Origin: Methanopyrus kandleri AV19
GTDB taxonomy: Archaea; JAADCQ01; Methanopyri; Methanopyrales; Methanopyraceae
NCBI RefSeq assembly: GCF_000007185.1
Contig: NC_003551.1
Coordinates: 180,001-212,000 of the forward strand
Reading direction: 5' to 3'
Length of the DNA stretch: 32,000 bases
The notes below the pieces were generated by a model. That model was not told where the DNA came from. It was given only the letters and a program-made list of their open reading frames with translations, and made no database searches. Shown piece after piece: positions 1 through 8,359 of the stretch (position 1 is its first letter; the number at the start of each line of letters is the position of its first letter). Position numbers and translations under genes: made by a program.

Positions 1-135
1 GAGGCAGTCCGGAAGGCGTCCCCCGACGTGGTGGTCGTTCAGCGATACGTCGGGGACAAGGAGGTCGGGATCGACCCCGAAGAACTCGCCGAGAAGCTCC
101 GAGAGAGTTGTGAGAATGTCGTGGTACGGGTGTGA
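1..135 (+). CDS. C-terminal fragment of an upstream protein of unknown function (partial, runs off the window start)
   Basis: Frame 1 is open from base 1 to the TGA at 133-135: EAVRKASPDVVVVQRYVGDKEVGIDPEELAEKLRESCENVVVRV*; it abuts tgtA, which starts at TTG 142. Confidence 0.6.
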   Translation, partial: EAVRKASPDVVVVQRYVGDKEVGIDPEELAEKLRESCENVVVRV

Positions 136-141
136 TTATGT

Positions 142-1521
142 TTGAACGTTGCATTCGAAGTTAAGGATCGGGACGTGGCGGGCAGGCTCGGGCGTCTCGA
201 GGTCAATGGCAGGAGACTGAAGACGCCCGCCCTGTTGCCCGTGGTTAACCCCAACAAACCCACCTTGGATCCACGGGAGATCTCCAAGCTAGGTTTCGAC
301 GGGGTGATCACGAACGCCTACATTATCCGGAAGCACGAGCACCTACGCGAGCAGGCGCTCGAGGAAGGCGTCCATGGGCTCCTTGGGTTCGACGGGTTCG
401 TGATGACGGATTCCGGCTCGTTCCAGCTGGCGGAGTACGGCGATGTCGAAGTATCCAACGAAGAGATCGTGCGGTTCCAAGCGAAGATCGGGTCAGATGT
501 GGGCACTATCCTCGACGTGCCGACGCCACCCGACGCTCCGAGGTCCAGGGTCGAACGTGACCTCGAGACCACACTGAAAAGGGCTCGCGAAGCGGTGGAG
601 CTCGACGAACACCCTCCGTTAGCTCTCACCGTCCAAGGGTCCACGTACGAGGACCTTCGGAGACTGTGCGCAGAGAAACTGGCGGAGCTGCCGGCGGCGG
701 TGTATCCCGTGGGAGGCGTCGTACCGCTGCTGGAGGAGTACCGGTTCGTAGACGTGGTACGAGTGGTCCTAGCCGCGAAGTCCTCGCTGCCTCCACATCG
801 CCCTGTACACCTCTTCGGTTGCGGGCATCCGCTGGCGATTCCACTCGCCGTCGCGATGGGGTGCGATCTGTTCGACTCCGCATCTTACGCTATCTACGCC
901 AGATCGGACCGGTACATGTCCATCCTAGGTACTCTGAAGTTAGAGGAGCTGGAGACCTTCCCGTGTTCCTGCCCAGCGTGTACACGACACGATCCGGACG
1001 ACGTCCGCGAGATGGAGCCGCGAGAACGTACCCGAGTGTTGGCTACGCATAACCTCTACGAGTTGCGCAGGGTGATAGAGACCACGAGGCAGGCTATAGT
1101 GTCGGGAGAGCTATGGGAGTTGGCCGAATCGGTATGCCGAGCACATCCGCGTGCTTGGGCAGGGATGGTGGAGTTAGCGCGACGTGGAGGAGAACTGGAA
1201 CGATGGTGTCCGGCCGTAAAGCGTAGCGTGTTCGTATGCGATGAGGTCTCGAAGGGACGTCCCGAGCTACGTCTCTACCGTCGACGGCTCCGGGACAGGT
1301 TCGGCGAGCTCTCGGGGCGTAAAGTGGTGAAAGGGATAAGCAGACCCTACGCAGAGATCGTCGAGTGGTTAGAACCATGGGAGCTGGCGTTCGCCGACGA
1401 GTGGTTAGGAGTGGTACCCGGAGAACTGTCATGGTCGTACCCTTGCCACTGCCTCGTGGAGCCTAGCGGGGATGATGAGGGTGAGGACCGACGGAGGGGT
1501 GAAGAGGGTCGCAGGCGCTGA
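142..1521 (+). CDS. tgtA: Archaeal tRNA-guanine (archaeosine) transglycosylase, short form apparently lacking a C-terminal PUA domain
   Basis: 459 aa, TTG start; TGT motifs MTDSGSFQL, LFDSASYAIYARSDRYM and zinc-binding-like CSCPAC. Confidence 0.9.
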   Translation: MNVAFEVKDRDVAGRLGRLEVNGRRLKTPALLPVVNPNKPTLDPREISKLGFDGVITNAYIIRKHEHLREQALEEGVHGLLGFDGFVMTDSGSFQLAEYGDVEVSNEEIVRFQAKIGSDVGTILDVPTPPDAPRSRVERDLETTLKRAREAVELDEHPPLALTVQGSTYEDLRRLCAEKLAELPAAVYPVGGVVPLLEEYRFVDVVRVVLAAKSSLPPHRPVHLFGCGHPLAIPLAVAMGCDLFDSASYAIYARSDRYMSILGTLKLEELETFPCSCPACTRHDPDDVREMEPRERTRVLATHNLYELRRVIETTRQAIVSGELWELAESVCRAHPRAWAGMVELARRGGELERWCPAVKRSVFVCDEVSKGRPELRLYRRRLRDRFGELSGRKVVKGISRPYAEIVEWLEPWELAFADEWLGVVPGELSWSYPCHCLVEPSGDDEGEDRRRGEEGRRR

Positions 1522-2362
1522 GTTCGTCCTTTATAAGGAAGGGGGATCGGAGTTTTACGTGCCGGACCCGGAACGTTACTCTCAGGATGGCCTTCCCACC
1601 CGTGATGCACCGGTAGCGTTCGCACCGAACGCCGCCGTGAACAGGTCCGTACTCGTCCTGTTCCACCGAGTACGTCCTGTGAGGAGGTTCGGAGACGTGT
1701 TCTGTGGTGTCGGCGCCAGGGCCATCCGCCTTCATATTGAAGCCGAGGTGGAGTGGTCCGTACTATCCGATGTGAACCCCATTGCGTGTCAAATCGCAAT
1801 GATCAACGTCCGGAGACTCGGACTACCATCGGAGGTTAGGTGTATGGATGCCGTCGCCGCACTTTCTACCTTCGACTTCGATGCCGTCGACTTGGACGTG
1901 TTCGGGACCCCGATACCGTTCGCCCAAGCCGCGTTTCGGTGCGTACGCGACGGTTACGTGCACGTCACCGCCACAGACCTCGAATCGCTGTATACCCCGG
2001 CGGCCCGCCGCAAATATCTCCTCGAGGGACCGCTCCCTCGGCGGGACACGGATCTAGAGGTCCGGGCTGTGGTAGGAGCCTTAGCGCGCTTAGCGGCTTC
2101 AGTTGACATCGGGATCGAGCCGATGTACTGCCTCGTCGAGCCCGGGGTTAGGATTCGGGTGGGATTGGAGTGCCGTAGGGGCCGGTCCAGAGCGAACGAA
2201 ACTTTGGATATGCTAGACTACGTCGACGGGGTAGGACCGGTCTGGGGAGGTGATCTTCACGACGAAGACGTCGTCGAGGAGATGTTGGAAGAGCTCGACT
2301 GTACGGGTTGGAGCGAAAAACACGCCCGGGACGTCCGGAAGTCCCTAGAGGTAACATTTTGA
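1472..2362 (+). CDS. trm1: Trm1-like tRNA (guanine26-N2)-dimethyltransferase, short/divergent; the start may instead be GTG 1499
   Basis: 296 aa; SAM motif FCGVGARAIR, VLSDVNPIACQIAMINVRRLG, Trm1-like VDLDVFGTPIPF and VTATDLESLY. Confidence 0.8.
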   Translation: MMRVRTDGGVKRVAGAEFVLYKEGGSEFYVPDPERYSQDGLPTRDAPVAFAPNAAVNRSVLVLFHRVRPVRRFGDVFCGVGARAIRLHIEAEVEWSVLSDVNPIACQIAMINVRRLGLPSEVRCMDAVAALSTFDFDAVDLDVFGTPIPFAQAAFRCVRDGYVHVTATDLESLYTPAARRKYLLEGPLPRRDTDLEVRAVVGALARLAASVDIGIEPMYCLVEPGVRIRVGLECRRGRSRANETLDMLDYVDGVGPVWGGDLHDEDVVEEMLEELDCTGWSEKHARDVRKSLEVTF

Positions 2363-2396
2363 GTATTCGAGGCGGATAGTCGGCGGGTGTCTCGAG

Positions 2397-4016
2397 TTGA
2401 ACGAGGTGATCAGGGAGGTGGAGAAAGTCCGAGAAGCTCGAATTGCACGGACGCTGGCCACCCAGCATCCTGACGCGACGAAGTTCGTGAGGGTGCAGGA
2501 GGAGCCTGAGGAGGCCGTGGAGTGTCTGGTCGAGCTCGGCGCGGAGGAATACATGGTGGATTTCGAGGGCAAGCTGACGCCGTACCTGCAGCCCATTCAG
2601 GTCCTCATGGAACTGTACGACGCCGGCGTTCGGGTGGGAGAGGAACGTTTCGTGATCGTCAGGGTACCTAGTGCGACGAAGGAGAACGTACTACGCCAAG
2701 TCCAGGCCCTGCTGGGTGTAATGGAAGCCAACTCGGAGTTGCTTAAGGAGGACCCAGACGCCCGCGGGATCTTCGAGGTAGTACATCCCATGACGTCCTC
2801 GCCCGAAGAGCTCGTGGAAACAGTGGACAGGATCTCATACGCGCGCAGGTTCGCGTCCCGTGAGCTAGACGTACCACTTAAGGCGGGAAACCTCCGGATC
2901 ATCCCACTTATCGAGGAAGTTCCCGAACTCCTAGACATTCGCAACATTCTAACGGGCTACGTGGAAGGGATGCGTGAAATCGGGATGGACGTCAGCTACC
3001 TCAGGGTGTTCATCGGACGCTCCGACCCCGCGCTATCCTACGGGCATCTTCCGGCGGTCCTCGCCTGCAAGCTGGCCATTTTCGAAGTGTATGAGCTGTC
3101 GGACGAACTAGGTGTCCCGATGGCGCCTATCTTAGGAGGCGGGTGCCTGCCGTTCCGCGGCCATATTAGGCCGGGAATGGAAGAAGAGTTCGTAGAGGAG
3201 TACGCGGGCACCGCCACGTACACCGTACAATCCGGATTCCGGTACGATCACGACCGGGAAAAGGCCGTTGCGTCCATCCGCCGCATTAACGAGCTCGCCG
3301 CGAACGACCCACTCCAACTTTCCGGGGACGACATCGAGTACCTCGTCTTAGCCACCGCGATCTTCATGAAGCACTACCTCAGCGTGTTCTTCCGTTGCAT
3401 AGGTACGCTGAACATCGTCGCCGACATGATCCCCAATACAAGGGACCGATTGGCACGTAAGGGGCCCGTAGGGTACGCGCGGGACATTCCCGAACCTGAC
3501 CGTGTCGGAGCACAGTGTAAGGACCTTGGAGATGTGGGTCGTGAGTTATACCGCGAACTGCGCCGAATGAGGGTCGAGAAGCTGCCCGAGCTGCCACGCG
3601 CGATCAAATTCACGGGAGCCTGCTACACCGTCGGGATGCCACCGGAGCTCATCGGAACCGGAAGGGGACTCGCGGAGATCGAGGAGCGGCTAGGTGAAGA
3701 TGCGTTGGACGCTGTGATCTCACGATTGTACCCCATGCTACGCGAGGATCTGCAGTTCGCAGTGGAGTACACCTTCCTCGAAACGGCCGGATCCGTCCTA
3801 CCGTCGTCCGGAGTAGCGATGGTCAACACCGACCTGGAGTACTGCGTCGAGTACCTCGACCTGGAACCCCCATCCGACTTCGAGTACCAGAACCTGGTAC
3901 ACACGTTGGAACCGTACCTCAGGTACGTGGTCTCGGAGGGTGGTGTAGAGGAAGTCAACCCGTTCGTGAGGGATCTCCTCCTCGAGATGGGCCGAATGCG
4001 TGGATCACTCGGATGA
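2397..4016 (+). CDS. ppcA: Phosphoenolpyruvate carboxylase, archaeal type
   Basis: 539 aa; ARTLATQHPDATKF, PMTSSPEELVETVDRISYARRF, GHLPAVLACKLAIFEVYELSDELGVPMAPILGGG, typical of archaeal-type PEPC. Confidence 0.93.
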   Translation: MNEVIREVEKVREARIARTLATQHPDATKFVRVQEEPEEAVECLVELGAEEYMVDFEGKLTPYLQPIQVLMELYDAGVRVGEERFVIVRVPSATKENVLRQVQALLGVMEANSELLKEDPDARGIFEVVHPMTSSPEELVETVDRISYARRFASRELDVPLKAGNLRIIPLIEEVPELLDIRNILTGYVEGMREIGMDVSYLRVFIGRSDPALSYGHLPAVLACKLAIFEVYELSDELGVPMAPILGGGCLPFRGHIRPGMEEEFVEEYAGTATYTVQSGFRYDHDREKAVASIRRINELAANDPLQLSGDDIEYLVLATAIFMKHYLSVFFRCIGTLNIVADMIPNTRDRLARKGPVGYARDIPEPDRVGAQCKDLGDVGRELYRELRRMRVEKLPELPRAIKFTGACYTVGMPPELIGTGRGLAEIEERLGEDALDAVISRLYPMLREDLQFAVEYTFLETAGSVLPSSGVAMVNTDLEYCVEYLDLEPPSDFEYQNLVHTLEPYLRYVVSEGGVEEVNPFVRDLLLEMGRMRGSLG

Positions 4017-5067
4017 CGGGGACGGATTCAAGTGCACGGCCTCGAAGATTTCCTTGACTAGTTCAGGGCCCACACCGAGGGCCACGCAATGGTGGTTCCC
4101 CCGCGGCTCGAACTCCTCCTCCACTAACAATCTAGCTTGAACGCGACACTGGTCGTCGCGCCATCGGGTCTCTACAACGGAAGCTCCGACGGCGTACGGG
4201 TACCGAGCCAACACGCACTCACCGGTCGGTAGGACACCTTTCACGGCGTGTGGTGCGCCGGTTTCCATGTGATCTACTATTTCGAGTTCTCTAAGCAACT
4301 CCAACGGGCAGGCACAGTGGGCGAGACGCGTCCCGTAGCGATCCAGCTCGATCACGTTTCCGATGAAGGGACGGATACGCGCGGGCGTTAGCAGGGTCGT
4401 GACCAGGGCGGCGGGATCGCCCTCGCAACAGTAAGGCACGTCCAGCGCGGAGAAGTACAGACAGGGAACCCGCACCGAACTCCTCGTAGAGGGAGAAGCA
4501 GTCCCCCGTGATCGCGTTGGCTCCGTATTGTGAGAGCACGGCATGCAATTTACCGGCCAAGTCCAGGAAGTTACGGTTCAACTCCGACGGATCGATACCG
4601 TGGGCACGGAGCTTCTCCTCGAAGGATCCGTCCGGATCGACCGATTTCACGTCCTCGAGGTCTACCTCGACCGTCTGGAGGTACGGGAGGTCGGAGGGGT
4701 CGGGACCTCTGATCCAGCTACATTTCCCTCCAACGACCAGGATACGGGTTCCCACGAGACGCTTGAAGGCACGTATTGCCTCCTCCGCACGGCCGACGTG
4801 AAGCGTCGATACGCCGACCTCGAGTGCGGCCGCTAGGGAGTTGTAGGAGTGCCAGTGGAGGAGGAGCACCGCCGAGGACCGCTCGAGGAGCGCCTCTATC
4901 GTGTCCTCCGTACCGCCGGTGGCTACCAGCGCCACGGTAGGTGAGTCGGGGACGTCCTCGGGGTCGGTAACGATCCTGGGTTCGAGGTTGAACCTATCAG
5001 CGAGCCGTTCGGCTCGTCGCAGTACATCTCGATCGGCTAAAGGGGAGGCCAGGATCGTGAGTTTCAA
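4005..5067 (-). CDS. L-fucose/L-arabinose-isomerase-like protein, interrupted by one +1 frameshift near 4476 (composite of ORFs 5067..4291 and 4544..4005)
   Basis: Frame 1: MKLTILASPL...GTRILVVGGKCSWIRG...ANAITGDCFSLYEEF; it resumes in the other frame as VRVPCLYFSALDVPYCCEGDPAALVTTLL...GTRLAHCACP. Total length 1063 nt = 354 codons + 1 nt. Confidence 0.65.
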
Positions 5068-7520
5068 GGCCCCATCCCCTTGGCCCTGCGGTACTCGTTG
5101 AGGGTCACCAGCGTGAGCTCTTCCGGGTCGGTAATGTGGTGCGAGCGGCCGCCTGAGATTCCGGCGATGTGTTCGATCAACCGAATACCTTCCTCGGGCA
5201 GTTTAATCCCGATCGTAGAGATCGTCACTCCCATTCGGCTCGCTGCGGTAGCTTCGGATAGTGCCTTCGTCTCCGGATCGGGCTCCCCTTTGGTGGGTAC
5301 CCCGTCCGTCAGTAGGATCATGTGCCAATCCCGATCTGGTCTTCCACAGCGTCTGAAAAGCTCAGTGCCTACGCGGATCGCATCGCCGATGTCCGTGGCA
5401 CCACCGGGCTTCAGCGACATCACCTTGGTGATGATCTCCTCCACATCCGACGTGATGTCCACAACGATCTCCGCCTTAGTGTTGAACCCTACGATACCTA
5501 CTCGGTCCCCCGCCTTCACGCTGAAGTGAGCGAGAGCTATCGCGGCGCGCTTAGCAGCGTCGATGCGGTCTCCCGACATGCTACCGGAGGTGTCTATGAC
5601 GTACACGATATCGAGACATACCTCCTCCTCCCTGTCGAACGAGCGCAGATCTTCGGGAAGGATCTCGCGACGTCCGCGGCGAACGGCGGTCCGGAGTGAT
5701 CCACGTACGTCGAGATTCGCGTAGGGATCTCCACGACGGTACTCTCGGGAGTAGCTCCTACTCCCAGTGCCTCGCTCACTCAGACGTTTAGCCGCATGAT
5801 GTCCAAACTCGGTGCCTTCGAAGGCTTCGAGCTCCTCGATCAGCGCGGAAAACGCCGCGAGTTCTCTACCTTTTAGTGTCAGGCTCACGCCTCCTTGGTA
5901 AGATGGGCGCACGAACCCTAGTTTTTGAAGGATCTCCAGTCTCCTCTGGATTTCCTCCTCTAGCTCGTCTATGAGCGAGTAATCGTGCTGCTGTGAGGCG
6001 ATTTCGTCGTAGGACCACCCCGTAATTTCCTCGATGAACCTCCGACCATATTTCCCCTTGACGTATGCCGCACTGGTAACCAGGGACTCCGCCAGCTGAT
6101 CGGGTCGGATGTACTCTATACCCCGGTTGAGCAGTTGGCGGAGGACGCGGGCCGCGAAGACGTACTCCGGCTCCCCTTCGACGTATTTGCGCTGGTCCTC
6201 CTTCGTGAGGGCTCGGAATCGCAACCTCCTGTGGTACTCATCATCCAGAACCTCACCATCCGCGGCTGAATCGGTGGCTGAGGTCTTTTGACTCTCACTC
6301 CTCGAAACCGTACGAGAATCCGACCGACTTCGCTTTTCGCTTCCAAGCCTCGCCCCGTCCGGATGTTCCTGAGTACGCCTCGGCCTCCACCGGCGACTTC
6401 TCCGACGTCCCTCAGGGGCGCCAGTCGACGCCCCCTCATCGGGTTTCGACTTTCCCGGGATCCCGTCCGTGTCCGGCACTTCGGTCTTCCCGTATCCCTC
6501 GAGCACCTCCTGGATGATCTCTTTGATGACGTCCTCCTCCGATTTAACGTGTTGGACCCTCGGACTCAACTTGATGCGCTTGCGGAGGACCGAAGGAGCG
6601 ACCTCGATGACGTCCTGCAGCTCGACCTTCGATCTCCCTTGCAACGCCGCATGAGTTTGCGCCCGCTCGTATAAACCGATGGTGGCGCGGACGCTGGCGG
6701 GCCTCTCGATGTCGTCGTGGTCTCGAGTGGCTCGAACCAGGTCGACTATGAACTCGAGGACGTACTCCGGGACCTTCACTCCGAAGTCTTCTCCCCGTTC
6801 GACGACGATGCGTTTCTCGGTCTCCTTGGATTTGGGATACGTCATCTTCACGGTATCAAAGCGATCTAGGAGAACCTCGGAGAGTTCCTCGGTTCCCGCG
6901 TATTCGTGTGGGTTCATGGTGGCGATCATGACGAAGTTGGCGGGGTAGTCAACTTCGTAACCCGCGATCGTAGCACGCTGCTCCTCTAAGACTTGGAGCA
7001 GCGCGTTCTGGAGCTTCTCGGGACATCGGTTGATCTCGTCGAAGAACACTACGCCACGGTTGCCTCGGAGCAGCTTCCCTGGAGTGAAAGCCCGAGGGTC
7101 GGTCGGTCCGTACTCGAGGGCCGCGATGGGATCTATGTCTCCGAGCAGATCCTCCGGAGTGAGGTCAGGACTCCCCTGAATCCGTACGAACCGCTCACAC
7201 CCTGGAATGGTCTCCGTCTCGAGCTCGTCCTCGTCGCGAGCTCGGCACAAGGGACATACCGGCTCCTTCGGATGACAGTGGAAGGGACACCCCTTCACAA
7301 CCTCAGCGGGAGGTAGGAGGTCCGCGACGGCGCGAGCGAGGGTCGTCTTGCCGATGCCGGGCGGACCCTCGATGAGCACGTGCCGTCCGGCGATGAGCGC
7401 GGAGAGAACCTGGATCTTGACCTCTCTCTGCCCGAGAATCTGAGGGAGGGGATCCTCGCCTTTACCGAGCTTCTCCAGGACTACCTCGCGCAGTTCCTCA
7501 TACACTTCCCTGACAGTCAA
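5064..7520 (-). CDS. Magnesium/cobalt-chelatase-like I+D fusion (MoxR/ChlI-type AAA ATPase plus vWA domain)
   Basis: Walker A EGPPGIGKTTLA, Walker B GVVFFDEINR, MIDAS DTSGSMS. Preferred start TTG 7520, with GGAGGGG about 7 nt upstream and overlapping the nth stop; the ORF-track start at 7592 looks over-extended. Confidence 0.88.
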   Translation of the reverse strand: MTVREVYEELREVVLEKLGKGEDPLPQILGQREVKIQVLSALIAGRHVLIEGPPGIGKTTLARAVADLLPPAEVVKGCPFHCHPKEPVCPLCRARDEDELETETIPGCERFVRIQGSPDLTPEDLLGDIDPIAALEYGPTDPRAFTPGKLLRGNRGVVFFDEINRCPEKLQNALLQVLEEQRATIAGYEVDYPANFVMIATMNPHEYAGTEELSEVLLDRFDTVKMTYPKSKETEKRIVVERGEDFGVKVPEYVLEFIVDLVRATRDHDDIERPASVRATIGLYERAQTHAALQGRSKVELQDVIEVAPSVLRKRIKLSPRVQHVKSEEDVIKEIIQEVLEGYGKTEVPDTDGIPGKSKPDEGASTGAPEGRRRSRRWRPRRTQEHPDGARLGSEKRSRSDSRTVSRSESQKTSATDSAADGEVLDDEYHRRLRFRALTKEDQRKYVEGEPEYVFAARVLRQLLNRGIEYIRPDQLAESLVTSAAYVKGKYGRRFIEEITGWSYDEIASQQHDYSLIDELEEEIQRRLEILQKLGFVRPSYQGGVSLTLKGRELAAFSALIEELEAFEGTEFGHHAAKRLSERGTGSRSYSREYRRGDPYANLDVRGSLRTAVRRGRREILPEDLRSFDREEEVCLDIVYVIDTSGSMSGDRIDAAKRAAIALAHFSVKAGDRVGIVGFNTKAEIVVDITSDVEEIITKVMSLKPGGATDIGDAIRVGTELFRRCGRPDRDWHMILLTDGVPTKGEPDPETKALSEATAASRMGVTISTIGIKLPEEGIRLIEHIAGISGGRSHHITDPEELTLVTLNEYRRAKGMGP

Positions 7521-8149
7521 GCCTGTTCCCCTCCGTACGGGCAGAAACGACGGACGAAGCACAACTCGCACTGGGGTTTTCGAGGACGGCATATCTCGCG
7601 TCCGAATTGTATGAGTGCGAGGTGCGCTTTACCGCGTTCGCCCTCGGGAACCATCTCGTGTACAGCCTCCTGGACCTCGAAGTACTCCTTCGAGTCGGTC
7701 AGACCGAGCCTCCTCGAAACCCGAGCTACGTGGGTATCGACCGGACAGACGTCATGACCACCCGCGAACAGCAACACCACGTCGGCTGTCTTCGGACCGA
7801 CCCCTGGCAGACGCATTAACTCCCGTCGCGCTTCTTCCGTAGGCTTCTGAACGATCTCCTCGAGATCCAATCCGTCCGCGAGAATACGTTCACAGCACTC
7901 CTTGATCATTTTGGCCTTCTGACGGTAGAGCCCGGCGTCGCGGAGCGTCTCGACGAGATCCTTCAGATTCACTTCTGCGACGTCTTTCGGAGTCTTGAAT
8001 TTCCGCAGGAACCTTTCCGCCACTCTGTCCGTCACGTCGTCCCTGGTCCGTTGAGATATGATGGCTTGAATGAGGGCCCGGAAAGGATCACGCCGTACCT
8101 TCAGCTTTTTCATGATGGGGTGATCCTCGTAGTGCTTTACGATCTCCAT
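7517..8149 (-). CDS. nth: Endonuclease III (HhH-GPD, Fe-S DNA glycosylase/AP lyase)
   Basis: MEIVKHYEDHPIMKKL...LMRLPGVGPKTADVVLLFAGG...VDTHVARVSRRLGL...CRPRKPQCELCFVRRFC. ATG 8149 chosen because the upstream extension to 8350 runs through tRNA-Sec and has no conserved-looking sequence. Confidence 0.92.
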   Translation of the reverse strand: MEIVKHYEDHPIMKKLKVRRDPFRALIQAIISQRTRDDVTDRVAERFLRKFKTPKDVAEVNLKDLVETLRDAGLYRQKAKMIKECCERILADGLDLEEIVQKPTEEARRELMRLPGVGPKTADVVLLFAGGHDVCPVDTHVARVSRRLGLTDSKEYFEVQEAVHEMVPEGERGKAHLALIQFGREICRPRKPQCELCFVRRFCPYGGEQA

Positions 8150-8238
8150 CACGGGATTCACGCGTCTCCCCGGCCCTACTCCCGGCGAAATCCTTAAACT
8201 CGGTACCGAGGGGAACATCCTGAAGCCCGGTACCGAAA

Positions 8239-8327
8239 GGCCGCCGCCACCGGGGTGGTCCCCGGGCCGGACTTCAGATCCGGCGCGCCCCGAGTGGGGC
8301 GCGGGGTTCAATTCCCCGCGGCGGCCG
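8239..8327 (+). tRNA. Selenocysteine tRNA, anticodon UCA, archaeal 9/4 fold, CCA not encoded
   Basis: Acceptor 8239-8247 GGCCGCCGC pairs with 8318-8326 GCGGCGGCC (9 bp), discriminator G8327. Long D stem CCGGGG/CCCCGG (8250-8255/8260-8265) with 4-nt loop. Anticodon stem GCCGGA/TCCGGC with loop CTTCAGA (TCA 8274-8276). Variable arm 8285-8302 with up to 7 bp. T stem GGGG/CCCC (4 bp) with loop TTCAATT. Confidence 0.97.
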
Positions 8328-8335
8328 CGGTCGTT

Positions 8336-8354
8336 CGTTATAACCCCCATAACG
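8336..8354. terminator. Small perfect hairpin immediately 3' of tRNA-Sec (possible terminator or boundary element)
   Basis: CGTTAT (8336-8341) - AACCCCC - ATAACG (8349-8354). Confidence 0.25.
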
Positions 8355-8359
8355 TTATC

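Noticed and set aside
39-311. Numerous antisense or alternative-frame ORFs (39..311, 318..644, 666..1052, 5322..5699, 6288..6674, 17783..17971, 28257..28781 and others)
   Set aside because: S/T/R/P-rich translations opposite strongly supported genes, typical of high-GC shadow ORFs.
1470-1522. Possible C/D-box sRNA (GATGATGA at ~1470 and CTGA at ~1518)
   Set aside because: Convincing D' and C' boxes are missing and it lies in coding sequence. Methanopyrus is rich in C/D sRNAs, so a proper Snoscan or RNA-seq check would be worthwhile, but I cannot support this one.
8150-8350. N-terminal 67-residue extension of the nth ORF
   Set aside because: It reads antisense through the tRNA-Sec gene and low-complexity G/P/R sequence; family-like sequence begins at ATG 8149.
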